Of a stretch of DNA of 64,000 nucleotides, positions 26,770 through 39,733 are shown piece by piece (within the stretch, counting starts at the first letter, position 1; each line of letters begins with the position of its first letter). Below the pieces are notes generated by a model, which was not told the origin of the DNA, searched no databases, and saw only the letters and a list, made by a program, of their open reading frames with translations. The stretch is from positions 14,384,001 through 14,448,000 of the forward strand of contig OX597822.1 in NCBI GenBank assembly GCA_951406725.2, in the 5' to 3' direction. The position numbers and the translations under genes are program-made. This DNA comes from Octopus vulgaris (lineage: Eukaryota).

Positions 26770-27080
26770 ATTGTTTTTAGTCGTGTTTGTTTGTCCGTGG
26801 ACAAGATATCTCAAGAACCGCTGGATGGATTCGGATGAAACTTTCAGGTATGTTTGGCCACATGACTGGTACAAACTGATTAGATTTCAGGATCTGGATT
26901 AATTTTCCTGTATTTTTACTTAATTTTTGAGATCGGTCGGGTTCATTTTTAGTATTCTCGTTTGTAAGAGCAGTTGAGTTTATTTCAGATATTCTCATTT
27001 TAAAAATCATCTCTGGCTAATCGTTTGGAGGACATTGGTGCTACCTTAGCTGAGGTTTGTGCCCGCTGAGTGCTCCTGTT
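26770..27080 (+). mobile_element. Helentron-associated (HINE/DINE-1-like) element fragment
   Basis: gtttgtttgtccgt...gatatctcaagaacc...ggattcggatgaaacttt and 3' gaggtttgtgcccgctgagtgc. Confidence 0.4.
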
Positions 27081-27557
27081 ATTGATAGCTTTATCTCGTT
27101 CGAGTTTCACCCTTCAAAAATGATTATTTCACGTTCGAAGTTTCTAAGTTCTTATGACGTCAGCAATACACGGACACACGTACACACACACGAAAGTGTT
27201 TGTGAAAAATTACTTAATACAATTTTTAAGTATAAAAAGGGGTTTTAAAAGTTTTTAAAAACGTTATAAAATCATTTATCTGGATAACCTTTTTTGGAAG
27301 AAATTTGTTTCCTAGGAAAAAAAAAACTTCTTCCAGAAAAGGTTAGTAACATTCTGATTAAAGATTTTATAACATAAAAAACCAAAAAAATTTTAAACAA
27401 CCAGCTTTATATGTGTGTATATGTGTGAGGATGATCCGGTTCTTGACTGAAGATTAAAGGCTTCGAATGACCTGTCCGTTTTTGTATCGTCTATTTGAAT
27501 GTTTTGCGTTCTTGTCCCATTTTGTATATATATAAATAAATATATATATATATATAT

Positions 27558-29120
27558 CCTTAAATCCTTAAAAATGTTTTAACCAGAAGGCCGCGGCCAT
27601 GCTGGGGCACCACCGCTGAATGAGCTACACTAATATGTGAATCCACCTCTGAGAATCCACCTCTGATGCTGCTGCCCGCATCTGTGTTTCCTACCGTGAG
27701 GTAGGTTCATCTGGGACTCCCGACAAGAAGAGATCCAATTTAGTTTTAAAGAAACCCACATCCACACCATGCAAGTCTCTCAGGCATTTAGGGAGGATGT
27801 TAAAGAGCTGTGGTCCTCTGAAACCCAAGCTGTCGCAGTATCTGGTCCTGTATTTTGATGGTGATGTTGGAATCTTTGGCACCATGCAGTGGCGCCCCGT
27901 TCTGCGGTTGGGGTAACTTTGAATGCCAAATTTTGGGACAAGACCTTCCAGGATTTTCCAGATGTATATCACCGCATATCTCTCCCGCCTCCGCTCTAGG
28001 GAGAAGAGGATTAATACTTTCAGTCTTTCCCAGTAGCTGATATTTTGCATTGAGACGATTTTCTTTGTGTAGCTTCTCTGAATTGCTTCGAGTTCTGCTG
28101 TTAGTTTTATATTGTGTGGTGACCATAGTCGGGAGCAGTAGTCCAAGCGGCTGAAGACGAATGTTTTCCATAGGACCATCAGTGTCTCCTTCTCTCTTGT
28201 TCTGAAAGTTCGGAGAATCCATCAAGCTAGCCGTCTGCATTTTATCACCAGATTAGTAATATGCACTTGGAAAGATGCATCATTGCTCATGTCAGTGCCT
28301 AGGTCACGCACTGATTTTGACTCAGGGATTGCAATTCTTCCTGGGCCAGTGTATCCAGTCTGCACGTCGTTTATCTTTGTGTGCCGGTAGCGCAGGGCCT
28401 GGAGCTTACCTGCATTAAACTGCATGTTGTTGTCCTCCGCCCACCTGTATATTTTATCCAACTCCTGTTGCAGATGCGCAATATTTTCAGGGTTTTGTAT
28501 TGTGTGGGAGACTTTTGTGTCATCTACATAGCTAGTAAGAGTGGCCATCGTAGCAACTGAAGGCATGTCAGAAAGGGCCGCCACTATGAACAGCAGTGGC
28601 AGATCATACCATGGTCGACTTTATCAAAGGCTTTTGCAAAGTCGAGATATATTACATCTACATTTGAGCCATTTAGTAGCTGTTTTAACACCCAGTCATA
28701 GTGTTGCAGGAGCTGTGTTAGGCAGCTTCTACCTGGTCGAAATCCATGCTAGGTGTCAGACAGCAAGTCATTTTCTTCAAGGAACATGATTAGTTTCTTG
28801 CGGACTATTCGTTCCATGACTTTGCTGATGTGTGAGGTCAGAGAGATAGGCCTATAATTTTTAGCATCTGCTCTGCTACCTCCCTTATGGATAGGGCATA
28901 TTACCCCCTCTTTCAATTTGACTGGGAGCTTACCACTTGCAAGAAAGCTCTGAAAAAGAAGCTGTAGCGGTTTTGCAAGGGCTCGTTTGCACGATTTGAG
29001 AAGGATCGCTGGAAATCCATCAGGTCCAGCAGCTGAGTTTGTGTCAATCTCATCTATGGCTAGTGTGACATCATCATCTTCAATGTTGATGTACTCAATT
29101 CGCTTCGAAGTTTCGGCCAG
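27558..29120 (-). mobile_element. CR1/L2-group LINE, 5'-truncated and degenerate RT
   Basis: DVIYLDFAKAFDKVDHG, SYVDDTK, SRLDYCSRLWSP, LEAIQR, SYWERLKVL..FSLERRRER; 3' tail with ttaagga repeats. Confidence 0.9.
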
Positions 29121-30153
29121 TTAAGCAGTTGTCGGACTGCAGTCAAACGATGTCTAAACTGACTGAAACTTCGAAGTCACTGTCAATAACTTAACCCATC
29201 AGATTCATGCAAAATTGCCTTTATTATAACTCATCATAAAAACAAGCATTGACATATGTGTGTGTATATATATATGTACATATATGCATGCATATATGTA
29301 TATATGTATATATGTATATATATGTATGTATATATATATGTGTGTGTGCGCGTGTATATATATATAAATATATATATATTGCAACAAATCATAAGAGGCG
29401 GCAATATGACGTAATGTTCGTTTGTCCTAACAAGCATAATTGTTGGTATCCCATTAGTTAAAATTACTGGCCATATACGAATTCTAAACCTCCGTCAAAG
29501 AAATCTTTCACGAAATACGGCTCATAGAATTCGGATATGAGCAGTTATAAAAACCCTGCTTTTGGGGAAATTAATAAGTGTTCGTAGGATGTTACTAAAC
29601 TCCACGACACTCACTCATTGAGATATTGGCTATTTTTTTTATGCCATGTCTATGATAAAAATCCAACAAGAATTTGAATTGTAAACTCTTGTAGTTAGTA
29701 TGAAGGATTAGCTAGTGTGAATTTTAAATCGTAATTCTCTACGACAAAATGACTTTACTTTCCAATTGTACTATAAATGCTAAATGTACATAAATAAACT
29801 AATGTAGTAATTATTTTCTCTTTCTTCACGTTCTTCAGCTTGTTAATGAAATTTATTTCTGCAATTATGAAACTGTGTATTTTTTTTATAGCAGTTGAAA
29901 GAACACGAATATATTTATCTTCAACATACATGCACGCATAAAATGTCCATTAGCGTTTCAGAGAATATATTTCTCGCTATGGCATTTATGTAGCTGGAGT
30001 CAGGATTTATGTATAATGGTAACACTTATAAGTAAGTCATAAGTGATGTGTATATCAATTATATTCCTACTTCAACAGTAAAATATATTTATTATCTATT
30101 TCCAAATAGGAAACATATAAAAGTAGTGTTACGCAAACAATAACCAAACCGAG

Positions 30154-30240
<87 letters not shown>

Positions 30241-30379
30241 TACATATATATACACAAATATATGTATATATATGTAATTAAATAATGAGGGTAGAATGTG
30301 ATATCAATCAATTAACATCAATTTAAACCAGTGGTCTATCATATTAAAAAAAATCCGAAGATTTGAAAATTATATTACA

Positions 30380-30858
30380 ATTAATTAGAGGAATGACCAC
30401 TAAAGTGGATTCCTATATGCTAAAGATAGACGTCAAATCGCCTTACCACGAAGAGTGTGTTCTTAAGGAAAGAAAATATCAGCAAACGCCACAATGTAAA
30501 AAATAAGTTAGACAGATGAAAATATGCAAAATAAAACGATTACCAACGTATCATGATTTCGTTATTAACACTTACAAAATGCAAGTATCTTTATCTCCTC
30601 AACGTAGCCTGTCGTATTTCATAACTTATTTCACAGAACTATACACAGAAACGTTCACCCGAAAGAAAACTCATGTACAGTTCTGCAAAATATATTTGTT
30701 TATTTTGTACATTTTCATTTGTCGAACTTATTTTTTACATTCTGGCGTTTACTGAATTTTTTTTCATGAGAAAACACTCTTCTCAGTAAGGCGATTTGAC
30801 GTCTATCTTTAGCATATAGGAATCCACTTTAGTTGTCATTCCTCTTATTAATTGTAAC
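30380..30858. mobile_element. PLE-like fold-back remnant with a hammerhead at 30545-30606 (-)
   Basis: Arms ~30380-30446 and ~30786-30858; acg-TTGAGGA-stem-GAAA-tcatgATA-cgt with palindromic atcatgat. Confidence 0.65.
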
Positions 30859-30879
30859 ATATATATATATATATATATA

Positions 30880-31160
30880 TTCATTTTAAAATAGTATGCG
30901 TTTAAACACAAAAGAAAACTACCCATCAGTAGGTAATTTTTACATGCTAGAAATAGCAGCCAACACGGCCAAAACCACGATTTAATAGCAATATTCGAAG
31001 TAAATGAAAGATAAAAACTTTTACCTTATTATTTAGCGGTTATACCATGGTGATATTTCTAACGGTTATACCATTGGCTGCTATTTCTAGCATGTAAAAA
31101 TTACCTCTTAAAGGGTAGTTTTCTTTTGTGTTTAATTGTACACTATTTTAAAATATGAAT
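30880..31160. repeat. Inverted repeat element (~90-100-bp arms)
   Basis: aaacacaaaagaaaactaccc...catgctagaaatagcagccaa versus ttggctgctatttctagcatg...gggtagttttcttttgtgttt. Confidence 0.8.
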
Positions 31161-31233
31161 ATGTTGTCTATTGACTATTTATACATGCTAGACCACTGGT
31201 GGTATATTTATAACGAATATTCGCAACCCTATA

Positions 31234-31332
<99 letters not shown>

Positions 31333-33072
31333 TTGTATGTATATATATGTATATACATGTGTGTGTTTGTGTATTTATTAGCCTGTTTGTGTTACAAACA
31401 ATATGAATGTGACTGCAAATGATTGTGTCTTCGATTTTGTTCCATAATTTGTTAGCGAATTGTCTTAGGAATATTACAAATGATGCTGCGTATGTCATAG
31501 ATTATGCGTTTGATGAACTTCTGTAAGGAAAAATTACATAAAAGACCGGAGCAGAATAATAGCGCAGAAAATATTACGTATGAAAGCAATCTGATACAAA
31601 ACAGGAAATAATGTTAGTGACAAGACGATAACTGTTTGACGAAATTTTTTCGCATTTTATAATACAGAAATATTATCACAAAATAAAACAAAGGCAAATA
31701 ACAGTATAATATGAGTTTTTAAATTTACCAAATGAAAACAGACATCGAAAGAAAAAGATGGCAGACGAACAGAGTTAAAGATACAAACATTATGTATTAT
31801 ATACTCATTGTTAAGGAAAAGAATGACGCTTAACAAAACGTCTGCTGTTTTTCTTTATTTCTTATTCTTTCTAGTTTTTCTTCCATCAAGATATTCTCCA
31901 GTCACGGGATTTCTGTCAGTGAAAATTCCTTCAAAAGTCCATTCTGCAACATGCTATAGACCCTATGTGTTAAACGCTGAAGGGCAGCCAGAAATTCCTT
32001 GTGTGTATGTGTGTGTGTAAGTGTGTTTTAATGGCTTCGTATTTTTTGGCCCAAGGCCATCAGTTCTTGAGGGGAGGTGAAGTCGATTAGATCAATCACC
32101 AGTATTTGGCTGTAGTTTTTATTTTATCAATCCCAAAAGGACGAAAGGCAGAATCGACATCGTCAGAATTTGATCATCGTCAGAATGTAAAGACGGACGA
32201 AATGCCGCTAAGCATTTTGGCCGGCGAGCTAGCGGTTCTGCCAACTCACCGTCTTAACACACACACACAAATAATATGTGTGCGTGTGAGCGTGTGTGCG
32301 TGTGTGCGTGTACGCGCACGCGTCTGTGTGTGTGTATAAATATATAACGATTGTTGTAAGTCTTTTACAATAAACATTGCGTGCTTGACTGTATGTCTGT
32401 GTCTTTATATGCACAAAAAATGTGTCGTCGAAGGGCAATCACGTGAAAGTTTGTTAGGCTCCTCAAAGCTGAGTCCTTTTCATTTTTTTAACAACAACTT
32501 ACTTAGTTTGAGAAATGCTGAAGCATCGCAGAGTCATTCGCAGCGAAATGCGACTGTAATAACAGTTCTTACATGTACGTGTGTGTGTATATATATATAT
32601 ATATATCGCCATGTTGATTCGTTAGTTACTGCACGCATTTTTTTCTCTCCTTCTTTCTGTGTTTTTTTTCTCTCTGTGTATCTTTCTGTTGAAGAGCGTA
32701 GGCTCGAAACGTTAAAGACTTGTTTTATTTATATTTCCTGAGCGCCATACTAATACAATTGTTTGTTTGTTTCCCACCTGCCTTCGTCTTTTGTCTATTT
32801 TCATAAAGCTTCCCGTTATATATATATATACTCTATTCACCCGAAGACGTGCATGTGTACAGCTATTGTTGGATGAATACTGTGTCTAATATATGTAATT
32901 TCCGGTAATTACCAGTTGATATTGATGCGCCGAAACAACTGTGCTAATTTGTAATAAAGCCTGTTCAATCCACCTTCTTATATATACATATATATGTACT
33001 AATAAAGATACATGCATACATATGTCTGGTCATGTTTGTACATTGTATGTATGCACCTACTCAAAAGTATAA

Positions 33073-33078
33073 TTTATT
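33073..33078 (-). terminator. Candidate polyadenylation signal AATAAA for the bHLH gene
   Basis: tttatt on +, ~275 nt downstream of the stop; common hexamer in AT-rich DNA. Confidence 0.35.
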
Positions 33079-33351
33079 CCATGCGAGACGCTTCTTTCAC
33101 TGAAATTGGCAGGCATCGCCCCTTACCAATGTCTGCCTAACGAATGGCATGTCTATCATTTATCTCCGCTTCTTGTGAGGTCAAAATGCAAACACAGAAA
33201 ATTACAAATACCCTTCGGCTAGTAAAAATCTAATCACTGTGTATTTACATCTAGCTTCCGTATGTGAGTTTGAACGTATACGTAGGTCTCTGCGACCGGG
33301 AACATGCGTTTATGAAATTCGTGTTTATGCATATAACCGTCATAATGCAGT

Positions 33352-34827
33352 CTAACCTTTGCCGTGTAAATGATGAAAATCCGAAGCGATTGTCTGTAAA
33401 TTCTCCCAGCTCAAAGTTTTTACACCACGGACCTTTGTGCCACCGGCTGACTCCTTGTCACTGACAACATCAGTCATGAACGAGATGTATGTTATAGCTA
33501 AACGCAGAGTTTCAATACGGGACAGCCTCTTCTCGTAGGCGAACGTTGGCACCCGCTTTCGCAATGTATCAAATGCTTCGTTCAAATTAAACATCCGACG
33601 TCGTTCACGGATGTTGGCGGCACGCCTCTGTGCCACTGTCGGTATGCGTCGCCGCTTCGGTTTGCTTCCACCGTTAAAAATAACGTTGTGTGCCGCTGAT
33701 GGTGAGCCACCGTTACCGTTGACGCCGACACCAGTGGCTGCGGCAGCGGCTGCCGCTACTGCCGCCGCCGCAGCAGCCGCCGCCGCCGCCGCCACGGACG
33801 CGGCGTTGTATTGTGCCGCATTAACCATTGATTCAGAATGGCGGACGGCGTGGGCTGCGGTGAGAGGATGCAGAAGGAGATGGTGGTGGTGGTGATGGTG
33901 TTGTTGCTGCTGCTGTTGTTGCTGGAGATGATGTTGCTGCTGCTGCTGCTGTTGTTGTTGCTGTATCTGATGGTGAAGGTGTATGTTATGTTGCTGTTGT
34001 TGTTGTTGCTGATGATGTTCAGAAGACGTAAGTAACGGGGGTTGTTGTTGTTGTTGTTGATCTTCAGTGTGTTGTTGTTGGTGGTGGTGTTGTGGGTTGT
34101 GGTGGCGGTTATGCTGTTGCTGATCTTGTCCCTGGTGTGACTGATGCTGCTGCTGTTGCTGCCGCTGCTGCTGCTGCTGATGTTTCTGTTGACCGTAGAC
34201 TCCAGCCTGGGCGTGGAAGTTAGCAGTGGACACTGGATACAGAATAGAGCCACTCGTCATTTCCTGGTGTTGAGGCTGTTGCTGTTGTTGTTGTTGCTGC
34301 TGTTGATGATGATGATGATGGTGATGACTATGAGTAAGAGTAACAGGATGTGCTGGAGGAGGAGGAGGAGGAGGAGCGGAAGCGTGAGGAGAAGCATTGA
34401 GTAGAGTTGGATGTAAGGGATGCTGCGTTTGCTGTGTGTGGGCTTGTTGCTGTTGTTGCTGCTGGTGATGAGGATGATGATGATGATGATCATGATGAGT
34501 AGGAAGCTGGTTATCCAGGCGCGTGTGAAGACAGTTCGAAGTACTCCACAACCATTCTGTTGGTGTTAGTGTGTCGCTTCCAGAAGCAACTTCCGGTTCA
34601 TTGTCATTATTATTCAGGGGGGCCTCAGCAGACGGCATGGTAGGACTATTATTATTATTGTTATTGGTGCTGTGGTTCCTGTTACTGTTGTTGTTCCTCT
34701 TATCGTCGTTGTTACTATTAATTGCCCCGTTGATATTATTATTATTATTATTGATGTTGCTGTCGTTCTCGTCGATGGAAGTTACACCAATGATACCGGA
34801 GGTTCCATAACCGGAACTGATCTGCAT
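33352..34827 (-). CDS. FERD3L: Fer3/NATO3-like (PTF-family, class A) bHLH transcription factor with long poly-N/H/Q/P/A tracts
   Basis: [63 protein letters not shown] closely matches the Fer3/NATO3 bHLH; 491-aa ORF in a GC-elevated island. Confidence 0.92.
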   Translation of the reverse strand: MQISSGYGTSGIIGVTSIDENDSNINNNNNNINGAINSNNDDKRNNNSNRNHSTNNNNNNSPTMPSAEAPLNNNDNEPEVASGSDTLTPTEWLWSTSNCLHTRLDNQLPTHHDHHHHHPHHQQQQQQQAHTQQTQHPLHPTLLNASPHASAPPPPPPPAHPVTLTHSHHHHHHHQQQQQQQQQQPQHQEMTSGSILYPVSTANFHAQAGVYGQQKHQQQQQRQQQQQHQSHQGQDQQQHNRHHNPQHHHQQQHTEDQQQQQQPPLLTSSEHHQQQQQQQHNIHLHHQIQQQQQQQQQQHHLQQQQQQQQHHHHHHHLLLHPLTAAHAVRHSESMVNAAQYNAASVAAAAAAAAAAAVAAAAAAATGVGVNGNGGSPSAAHNVIFNGGSKPKRRRIPTVAQRRAANIRERRRMFNLNEAFDTLRKRVPTFAYEKRLSRIETLRLAITYISFMTDVVSDKESAGGTKVRGVKTLSWENLQTIASDFHHLHGKG

Positions 34828-34853
34828 ATCCGGTTTACTGCTGCAAGGGTACG

Positions 34854-34880
34854 CTTACTGAAAATAGAAAGAGGAATAGG
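34854..34880 (-). promoter_or_regulatory. Splice acceptor (polypyrimidine tract + CAG) upstream of the bHLH ORF
   Basis: Minus strand cctattcctctttctattttCAG|taagcg; exon starts at 34857, 30 nt before the ATG. Confidence 0.7.
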
Positions 34881-35094
34881 TGAAACCCTTGTCATAAGCT
34901 GTATAATATGTTTCAAAAATGAAATCAATAAAATAAATTAAAATTATGATCTGAGCAACCAATTTGATGACGAAATTATTAGTTCTAATACAACCAAAAG
35001 ATAATCTAGCACTTCAATAAGGTTTATTAGATTTTAAATATCGTCATCTCTACATAAGATCCCCTTTTCGTTGCCATTATTTTGAACAGTTTAA

Positions 35095-35495
35095 AGCGGA
35101 GAGCTGGCAGAAACGTCAGCACGACGGTGAAATGCTTAGCGGTATTTTGTCTGCCGTTACGTTCTGAGTTAAAACTCCGCCGAGGTCTACTTTGCCTTTC
35201 ATCCGTTCGGGGTCGATTAAATAAGTACCAGTTACACACTGGGGTCGATGTAATCGACTTAATCCGTCTGTCTGTCCTTGTTTGTCCCCTCTGTGTTTAG
35301 CCCCTTGTGGACAGTAAAGAATTAGATATTTCGTCTGTTTTTATGTTCTGAGTTTAAATTCTGCCGAGCTTGACTTTGTTTTTCATTCTTTCGGGGTTGA
35401 TAAAATAAGTACCAGTTGAGTACTGGGGTCGATCTAATCGACTGGCCCCCCTCTCTCAAAATGTTGGGCATTTTGCCTAGAGTAGAAAAGATTAT
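35095..35495 (+). mobile_element. Two tandem SINE family B copies (more at 36070-36297 - and 37185-37397 -)
   Basis: Similarity to 22571-22785. Confidence 0.75.
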
Positions 35496-36940
35496 TTTGA
35501 ACATTTTGCATGCAAATATATATTTCCATTATAAATACGTGTGTGTGTGTGCGCGCGCGCGTATGCATGTTTGTGCATGAGTGTGTGTGTGTGTGCTTAC
35601 GTGGGAGAGAGAATATGTATGTTTATGCATGAGTATGTTTACGTGTTTGTGTTTGTATGCGTGTGTCCGTATGTTTTTGTTTGTGTGTGCGTGCATGTGT
35701 GTGTGTGTATTTGATATCTGTATGCGCCTCAGTGCAAATATATGCGGGTCTGTACACCCAAGCTACATTGATGACAAAAGAAGTGAGTAGAGATTGAAGC
35801 CTTCCTTGAGAAAGACGGATGAACCGTATCACAGAATGTCAACGGCTGCACCGGAAAATATTCCAAAATATCCGGAAGAAACACAGAAACAGAAGATTTA
35901 ATTCAACCACGAATAAGTATCAGAATGAAGCAAAAATCGAAAGACAAACATAAAGAGCGGACTACGCAATCAGAACAACATAACGATGAATCAAGTGTTC
36001 TCTGTTGAGTTCTTGCTGTTTGACGAAAATAAGTATCAGCCAAGCGCTGATGCTTATTTGCCAATACCTGCTTCTTTACTATTCACGAGGGGCTAAACAT
36101 AGAGGGGAAAAAACAAGGACAGACAAACGGATTAAGTCGATTACATCGACCCCAGTGCGTAACTGGTTCTTAATTTATCGACCCCGAAAGGATGAAAGGC
36201 AAAATCGACCTCGGCGGAATTTGAACTCAGAACGTAGCGACGGGCGAAATACCGCGAAGCACTTCGCCCGGCGTGCTAACGTCTCTGCCAGCTCGCCTCT
36301 TTGCCTATATCTGTCATGTCCTCTATGTTCTGCTTCGTCAATGCTGCAAGGACCGGACGAGTGTCTATATATGCTTACAACTAGATTGTAGTATGGTCGT
36401 AGTAGTGTGCGATTTATGGTACATATTTATCCTGCTTCTCAGATTTCTGGTCAAAGTGACTTAGTTGGTGACTCAGATGTATTTTTAAGGAAATACATTG
36501 ATTTGCAGAAATATTTCAGAAAAAGCTTATCTCCCTTGCAATGAAAAGTCAATGAGAAATTCTTTTATACCATTCCGGTCGATTTCGTAATGGTGCACTA
36601 GAAAACAGCATCTATGTGGACAATTACAAACGACATTCAGTGACTGACAAGATCCCTACACAGGATTGAAACTCATCTGGTTGACCCCTCTCCTGCCGTA
36701 CAAGAAGTTATTGTACAAAAATACAAAATATAGATATATTAGGTCGTAAAGTATGTACACACACGTACATACGTATATATATATATGGGTGAAAAGGAAC
36801 ACACGAGTTGATATATATGAAAAGACAAGTCAAGATAGAAAATGCTAAAATAATTTTATAAAGAGCATTTCAGTACCGGTTTAAAAAAACTTTTCTTTTA
36901 ATTTTTCTAAATTAATTTTTCTAAATTGAATTATTCAATC

Positions 36941-36986
36941 GTTACAGTTGAAAAGGTCTCAAAATGACCGAAACCGGTACTGAAAT
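36941..36986 (+). ncRNA. Compact hammerhead with a U3-A8 core, within fold-back 36810-37035
   Basis: cag-TTGAAAA-ggtc(tcaaaat)gacc-GAAA-ccgGTA-ctg; palindromic accggt. Confidence 0.65.
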
Positions 36987-37030
36987 GTTCTTTATAAAAT
37001 TATTTTAGCATTTTCTATCTTGACTTGTTT

Positions 37031-37091
<61 letters not shown>

Positions 37092-38714
37092 TTATGTGTG
37101 TGTGTGTATTGTATGTGTGTGTGTGTGTGTATTTGTATGTGTGTGTGTGTGTGTATTTGTATGTGTGTGTATGAATTTATATCTGCTTCTTTATTACCCA
37201 CAAGGGGCTAAACAAAGAGAGGACAAACAAGGACAGGCAAACGTATAAAGTCGATTATATCGACCCCAGTGCATAACTGGTACTTAATTTATTGACCCCG
37301 AAAGGATGAAAGGCAAAGTCGAACTCAGAACGTATCGGCACACGAAATACCGCTAAGCATTTCGCTCGGCGTGCTAACGGTTCTGCCAGCTCGCCACCTT
37401 GCATGAATTTATATCTTCAAGTGCCAATCCCACTATCAAATTCGGTGATGAAGCTAAAACTACTATATTTTCTACCACCGACCCGTCCAATTCCTCCTTT
37501 CTCCCACTCCCCTATTTCTATTTTTCTTTACTTATTTATCATTCTTTCTCTTCTTTCTTCCCTTCTTCTATTACTCATTTCTTCCCTCATTTCTACACCC
37601 CTCACACACTATGCCCTCCACACATTCTGATTGAATCTTTGTGTCAACATGTGCCTCCTTGCGACAATGTAGCCTTTAATCTAATTAAGATGGTATACAT
37701 GCATACATACATACATGCATACATACATACATACATACATACATACATACATACATACATACACACATACATATAATATAATATGAATAATATATATATA
37801 TATGTGAATATATACATACGTAGATGCATATACTTACATCTATACGTATATATTTATGCATATGTGGGCACAGGCCCTCACGAAACGTGTACAACAAAAA
37901 AGTACGAAGCACGAGTACATGAAATATGAACTATTCTTTCGAACAACGAAAGACACAAATGGAAAACAAAACAAACAACATAAAACCGGCCCTTCATCAG
38001 TTGTTGGCGGTTTTTCTAGTCTCGTATTTAGAGCATTTAACAACAATATACGCTTTCGATAAAACAGTTGCTCCCGCAAAGAAAATTAAATAAAATTTGG
38101 GATTTTGCAGAGGGTCAAAATAGGTAACACAAAAGGACAGTGAAAACAAACATGAAGGGCTGCTAAGCCCAAAGGAGGTTGTGGTGGTGATCGCGTAAAT
38201 CAAGCTAGGACAGGAGACAGACATGAACACGTCTACCTTGTTCCAGCTACAACGGAAAGAAAGAAAGAAAGATGGCCGATGGTCACGTGGGAGTCACATG
38301 AGCAAGGGAGGAGGAATGAGGGAGAGAGAGTGACAGAGTAATAGGACAGAATAGTAGGAGAAGAGGAGGTAAAAGAATAAGAGAGAGAAAAAGAGAGAAA
38401 ACGAAAGAGTAAAAATATCGTATAGAGTGTACAGTCACTATACACTGGTTTGATATTACTTCAATGAATATATTGTAAAATAACATAAGGTTTCAAATAT
38501 TTTTTTTACTCACAAGGTTTGGATCGAAAGGAGACAGTAGAAAGGGTATTCACCCAAGTTGTTGGGTAATGGGATCGAATGAGGGAGATGACGGTTGCGA
38601 AGCAGAATTCCTAACCACTTGGACATACTGTACCGATATACACTCGCATACACACATGCATACATACATGCATACATATATGCATGCATGCATACATACG
38701 TGTTCGTTTGCAAT

Positions 38715-39370
38715 CCAGGAACAGGAAATATGAACCAATTATCTGATGCACAAAATGTATAGAGATGCAGGAAAAGCCATAAAATGTGACAACCGATGCA
38801 GACTTTGTGGAGTTCACACTGAAGATATTACCCACTTCATAAGCAGTTGTCCGAAAATGTCATCACGGTATTATCTACCGGTGAGACATGACGTTGTAGC
38901 TAGGACACTTATAATGAAATCCGTCGTAAGGATAATCCCGAGGACAAAGAAATAAAACACCACAATATGGTAGAAGCCAAGAAAAGGAATACTGGTGGAA
39001 CGTCCCAGTGAATACCTCAGTAAAATGTAAGCACAACAGACCTGATATAATGATTTGGAATAGAGAAGGGAAACTGTGCACAGTTGTGGAAATTACCTGA
39101 CCAGCGGATGTTAACGTAAAGCTGGAGATCGGTGGAAAAGGGAACACTATACCGAACTATTGAGAAACCTGTAGTTACTCTCTCCAGATTACGAGTTCAG
39201 GTTCATACCTGTAATTATTGGGGCCCTGAGATATGTAATACCCTGCCTAAATACCAACTTTGAGAAATCAGGGTCCTGAATATCAGAAAAGAGAAAGCTA
39301 ATTCAAAAACTACAGATCCAATCCATCACTGGAACTGTAAAACTTTCCAAGAATTTATTATTCAAATATA
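38715..39370 (+). mobile_element. RLE-type non-LTR retrotransposon 3' fragment (CCHC + PD-(D/E)xK)
   Basis: CRLCGVHTEDITHFISSC...RHDVVA; YWWNVPV...HNRPDIMIW...VVEI; PVIIGAL. Confidence 0.8.
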
Positions 39371-39621
39371 TATGAGTATGTCTAGATATGTAACTATATG
39401 CATGAGAATATATATATGAAGCAAAACATACAAATATGCGCACATACATACATACAAACAAAAATACCCAGTTGTTGATGTTGAAATTCCAATGAAGGTG
39501 TCTTAGCTCTAGGTTAGAAACTGGTTCATTCTCTATTGGCAAGAAATCTTGAAATAAAACTGAACAATGACATACATACATACAATGATACCTATGTGCA
39601 TGTATACACTCACACACACAC

Positions 39622-39697
<76 letters not shown>

Positions 39698-39701
39698 GCA
39701 C

Positions 39702-39733
<32 letters not shown>

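Noticed and set aside
33611-34941. Antisense and alternate-frame ORFs overlapping the bHLH gene
   Set aside because: By-products of trinucleotide repeats in the real CDS
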